From the IMG/VR virus record IMGVR_UViG_3300017963_000189: a DNA stretch of 64,000 bases; one strand, given 5' to 3'. The position numbers were made by a program, and so were the translations under genes. The notes under the pieces were generated by a model. That model was not told the DNA's origin. It ran no database searches and saw nothing but the letters and a program-made list of their open reading frames with translations. Of this stretch, positions 61,051 through 64,000 are shown one piece after another (position 1 is the first letter of the stretch; each line of letters opens with the position of its first letter). This DNA is from a virus (lineage: Duplodnaviria > Caudoviricetes).

Positions 61051-61359
61051 TTAGTCCTCCAGATTTTCTCGATAATAGTATTTGACATTATAGTATTCTA
61101 TATAAAATTTATTATTATTAGCTTCTTTACAATCATCTATGTATATTGTACTACCGGTTATTCTTACATTTGATCCATGAAAGATTTCAGTAGAATCATT
61201 ATTAAAAGTAATAACAAGTCTTTCTTTATAGATACTTTCATCATTAAGGTTTTCGCCACAACCGACTTGGGCGAACAAAATACAAAATGTCAATCCAAGT
61301 AAAAGTATAGAATGTACTATCCAAATTTGATAACGTTTCATTTTATGTCCTTTCGCCAT
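61051..61359 (-). CDS. putative lipoprotein
   Basis: Hydrophobic stretch then AQVGC; weak similarity to 60679-61050. Confidence 0.55.
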   Translation of the reverse strand: MAKGHKMKRYQIWIVHSILLLGLTFCILFAQVGCGENLNDESIYKERLVITFNNDSTEIFHGSNVRITGSTIYIDDCKEANNNKFYIEYYNVKYYYRENLED

Positions 61360-61826
61360 TAATCACTAAATACACCATATCCAACAAACTCAATGTGTCT
61401 ATCCTTATCGTCGTGACCGTAAAACGGTAACCAGGGAATAGGATCATTAATAATTCTCAGATCTAAATCTTCGTCACAATAATTTAGCAGAAATACCCAA
61501 AGTTCAGCCATATCTTCTGGCGACAAATGGATTTCTTGTAGATGATTTTCCATATCAGTAATAGATGTCCAGTCAAATCCCATATCTTTGAGTAGTTGAT
61601 ATTCAGGGTCAGCTTTCCTGATAAAGTCAACACCATATTCATCACAAAGATTGTGGATGTCTACTCCCGTTTTATCTTTAATAGTGTAATGAACTTCTCT
61701 TACATATGCGACAGGTTTTGCTGAATGGACAAGGAAGTATTCACATTTACCGTGACCATCAGCACTCCAGTCTCCGATGGGAAGTTTAAATTCGTATAAT
61801 TGTTGAACGTCATTATTTTCATTCAT
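61359..61826 (-). CDS. hypothetical protein
   Basis: 155-aa ORF. Confidence 0.65.
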   Translation of the reverse strand: MNENNDVQQLYEFKLPIGDWSADGHGKCEYFLVHSAKPVAYVREVHYTIKDKTGVDIHNLCDEYGVDFIRKADPEYQLLKDMGFDWTSITDMENHLQEIHLSPEDMAELWVFLLNYCDEDLDLRIINDPIPWLPFYGHDDKDRHIEFVGYGVFSD

Positions 61827-61827
61827 A

Positions 61828-62037
61828 TTATCCGTCCTTTTTATCTCCTAATGTATCTAAAAAATTCATTAATTTTTCATAACAAGTAGAACACAAATCT
61901 TTTTCACCCGCGACACTGCGTTGTATGTGAGTATGTTTATCTACTTCAAATGATATTTTATAAAATGGATCAAAAGAAGCTTTTTTATCTACTTCAAAAC
62001 CACAACCATCACATACTATTATTTCTTTTTTCGCCAT
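61828..62037 (-). CDS. small Zn-finger-like protein
   Basis: CDGCG...DLCSTC. Confidence 0.6.
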   Translation of the reverse strand: MAKKEIIVCDGCGFEVDKKASFDPFYKISFEVDKHTHIQRSVAGEKDLCSTCYEKLMNFLDTLGDKKDG

Positions 62038-62046
62038 AATTATCTC

Positions 62047-62304
62047 CTATTTATACGCTTCATCCACTCGATCAAATTGTGGTGGCTCCACAGTTGGATC
62101 GGGCAATAATCCCTCTTGTTCAAGTTGAAATTCTAAATCAACGATTCGTTTGCGAAGATACTCAATACATTCCATAGTAGGTTTACCATATTCTTTACTA
62201 TGAACTTCTTGTGATCCACATACACGACAAACTTCATTCGGTTCTTCTTGACCCTTATTAAGTCCACGCCGATCATTAATTGTATATCCCTTTTCTTCAC
62301 TCAT
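62047..62304 (-). CDS. hypothetical protein
   Basis: Tiling ORF. Confidence 0.55.
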   Translation of the reverse strand: MSEEKGYTINDRRGLNKGQEEPNEVCRVCGSQEVHSKEYGKPTMECIEYLRKRIVDLEFQLEQEGLLPDPTVEPPQFDRVDEAYK

Positions 62305-62321
62305 AATTTACCCCTTTCTTA

Positions 62322-62558
62322 TTAATAAGAACCATCTATTAAGGCGATACCTATTGCGAACGGGAACGCGAAACATAACCAACCAACAGTACCCGACAAT
62401 CCCCACATGATAGCTCCCCAGATGAACAGCCAAAATGATGGTTCAGTAATACCATGAAACATATTTACAGCTCCACCCCAAAAGAGTAGATAAACACCTA
62501 CGTATAGACCTATAACTATACCGATTAAAATTAATAAACCACCTAATAATTTCTTCAT
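62322..62558 (-). CDS. membrane protein
   Basis: Gly-rich TM segments; promoter upstream. Confidence 0.6.
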   Translation of the reverse strand: MKKLLGGLLILIGIVIGLYVGVYLLFWGGAVNMFHGITEPSFWLFIWGAIMWGLSGTVGWLCFAFPFAIGIALIDGSY

Positions 62559-62593
62559 GATTTGTTCCTTTCTATTTAGATTATATTTCTTAT

Positions 62594-62622
62594 AATATAC
62601 GAAATTATTTCGTATTTGTCAA
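62594..62622 (-). promoter_or_regulatory. sigma70-type promoter (repeat family)
   Basis: TTGACA-N17-TATATT. Confidence 0.75.
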
Positions 62623-62984
62623 GTAATTTCTTTAGCTTCCGCCCATGCTATTTTAATGTTTGTCCAAATCCATTTGATAAATTTTACAATCGCCCAACCA
62701 ATCCATGTGGCTAACGCTGTTAAAAATGTAACAGCAAATCCTACGACATATAAAGGTACGGCTTTACCGTCACCATCTACCGAATCCAACCAACCGAATA
62801 CATCTACAATGACATATCCAACTATATGAAATACCCCAAATAATATTGAAAAGACAATAGCTAATACAACTACTATTATAATCACTTCAAGAATATCCGT
62901 CCAACCGCGCCAACCCGTTATCCGTTTAATCTCGTTCCATTTATTTCTTAGAAAGATTCTAAAAAAGTTAAGTAGAAAGTTCAT
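62619..62984 (-). CDS. membrane protein
   Basis: Two TM segments. Confidence 0.55.
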   Translation of the reverse strand: MNFLLNFFRIFLRNKWNEIKRITGWRGWTDILEVIIIVVVLAIVFSILFGVFHIVGYVIVDVFGWLDSVDGDGKAVPLYVVGFAVTFLTALATWIGWAIVKFIKWIWTNIKIAWAEAKEIT

Positions 62985-63187
62985 TTATTTTCTCCCTCAT
63001 ATTGAAAGTCTTTTTTACACTTAGGGCATTGCATCATAACACCCTCTTTTTTTATTCGTTTTATACAATTTTTGGCGATATGTCTATTAACCGGTCCTTT
63101 AGATTCACCTATAAAATCTAACATCATTAGATGTGTATAGTCAAAAGTTGATTTACAATTTGGACAATGGATATTTTCTATTTTCAT
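62981..63187 (-). CDS. Zn-ribbon protein
   Basis: CPNC...CPKC. Confidence 0.55.
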   Translation of the reverse strand: MKIENIHCPNCKSTFDYTHLMMLDFIGESKGPVNRHIAKNCIKRIKKEGVMMQCPKCKKDFQYEGENK

Positions 63188-63468
63188 TCCAACAGACCTT
63201 TCTTTTCAGAATACTTCATATATTTTCTTACTTTTGTCTTTTTCGCCTCAATTTGTTCAGCACTATACAAAATCGTCTCTCTAATATCTTCACCAAATAA
63301 CATTTCAATCACGGCGACCAACTCAATAAATTCCCGTAAGATCACTTCTTGAGGCGACTCGTCTAAAAAATCATCGTCTAACCCAAATCGTTGAGCTTTT
63401 CCGACACCTTGAATTATTTCAGATGCTTCTTCACCTATACACGTTAGCAAATATTCCTTTTTATTCAT
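63184..63468 (-). CDS. MazG-like NTP pyrophosphohydrolase
   Basis: EEASEIIQGVGKAQRFG...LREFIELVAV. Confidence 0.6.
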   Translation of the reverse strand: MNKKEYLLTCIGEEASEIIQGVGKAQRFGLDDDFLDESPQEVILREFIELVAVIEMLFGEDIRETILYSAEQIEAKKTKVRKYMKYSEKKGLLE

Positions 63469-63622
63469 TTATAATTTTCCTTATAATATTCATCACTCAT
63501 TTTAGGTTTAAATGGTAATTTAGCACATTTAGGACATATATTATTATGAACTATGATGTAAATATAATGTCCAATATAATGTTTGGTTGATGCTTCTCTA
63601 CCACATGAATAACATTTCATAT

Positions 63623-63874
63623 TTATATTCCTTTGTATGTCGCCTCTTGTTCATCAAAATTATCTTTCCAATGATCAAAAGGTTCATAATTTTTTGTAGC
63701 GTAATTGTATACTCCATATTTATTTACTCGTATCACTTCCCAAAATGCTTCGTGTGGGCGTACCACATCACAATTAAGTTCTTTCGCCAATTCAATCATT
63801 TCTCTTACTGATTTGAGCATTTGTGGTACACTACTTTCATTAATAGTTACCACCACAGCAATATTTCTTTTCAC
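63623..63874 (-). CDS. hypothetical protein
   Basis: GAAGGAG SD (GTG start). Confidence 0.5.
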   Translation of the reverse strand: MKRNIAVVVTINESSVPQMLKSVREMIELAKELNCDVVRPHEAFWEVIRVNKYGVYNYATKNYEPFDHWKDNFDEQEATYKGI

Positions 63875-64000
63875 GTATTGCTCCTTCCACTTCTTTTCTT
63901 TGTCTCAACATTTTTAAACCCACTTTAATACCAACTTCTTGAGCTTCTTCTCTTGTGTCATAAGTATCTTCTGGCATATAACTACTATAAACTTTCATAT

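Noticed and set aside
141-63917. Most plus-strand ORFs in the track (e.g. 141-518, 1040-1402, 11654-12196, 34679-35053)
   Set aside because: Antisense shadows of AT-rich minus-strand genes with F/I/L/S-rich translations and no SD. Only the 35193-36478 cassette is accepted.
1-64000. Stop-codon reassignment
   Set aside because: Recognisable genes are full length in the standard code, several end in TAG or TGA with normal tiling, and no clear suppressor tRNA is present. The one premature TGA (GT4) needs a frame change, not read-through.
1-64000. CRISPR array
   Set aside because: No equally spaced repeat-spacer series was seen; the repeated elements are promoters or two-copy repeats.

Overview
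AT-rich, gene-dense accessory/early region of a large (jumbo-type) tailed phage. No capsid, terminase or polymerase gene lies in the window, so the phage call rests on about 140 short, almost all minus-strand ORFs, dispersed tRNAs, an Rnl1/PNK pair and a MoxR/VWA pair. The standard genetic code fits. Secreted proteins with FlgD-Ig/T9SS-like C-terminal domains, a DUF6249-like gene and Shine-Dalgarno usage suggest a non-Bacteroidota FCB-group host (Calditrichaeota/KSB1/Marinimicrobia-like; inference). Main contents: (1) a complete deamidated NAD salvage route, pncA-nadE-pncB-nadD, with an embedded radical SAM gene and a flanking HAD-like gene, distinct from the described NARP1/NARP2 anti-defence pathways; (2) a tRNA toolkit: a minimal ~197-nt RNase P RNA, RNA ligase, HD-PNK and 8-9 tRNAs, including all four Ser isoacceptors, a long-variable-arm tRNA-Cys and a D-armless tRNA-Arg; (3) phage-borne signalling genes (PAS hybrid histidine kinase, single receiver domain, HD-GYP); (4) 22 near-identical sigma70-type promoters, four of which also supply the upstream gene's stop codon; (5) one plus-strand envelope cassette behind an ECF-type promoter; (6) structured non-coding regions at 3.8-4.1, 56.2-56.65 and 58.4-59.05 kb. 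All family calls come from motif recognition by eye; no searches were run.
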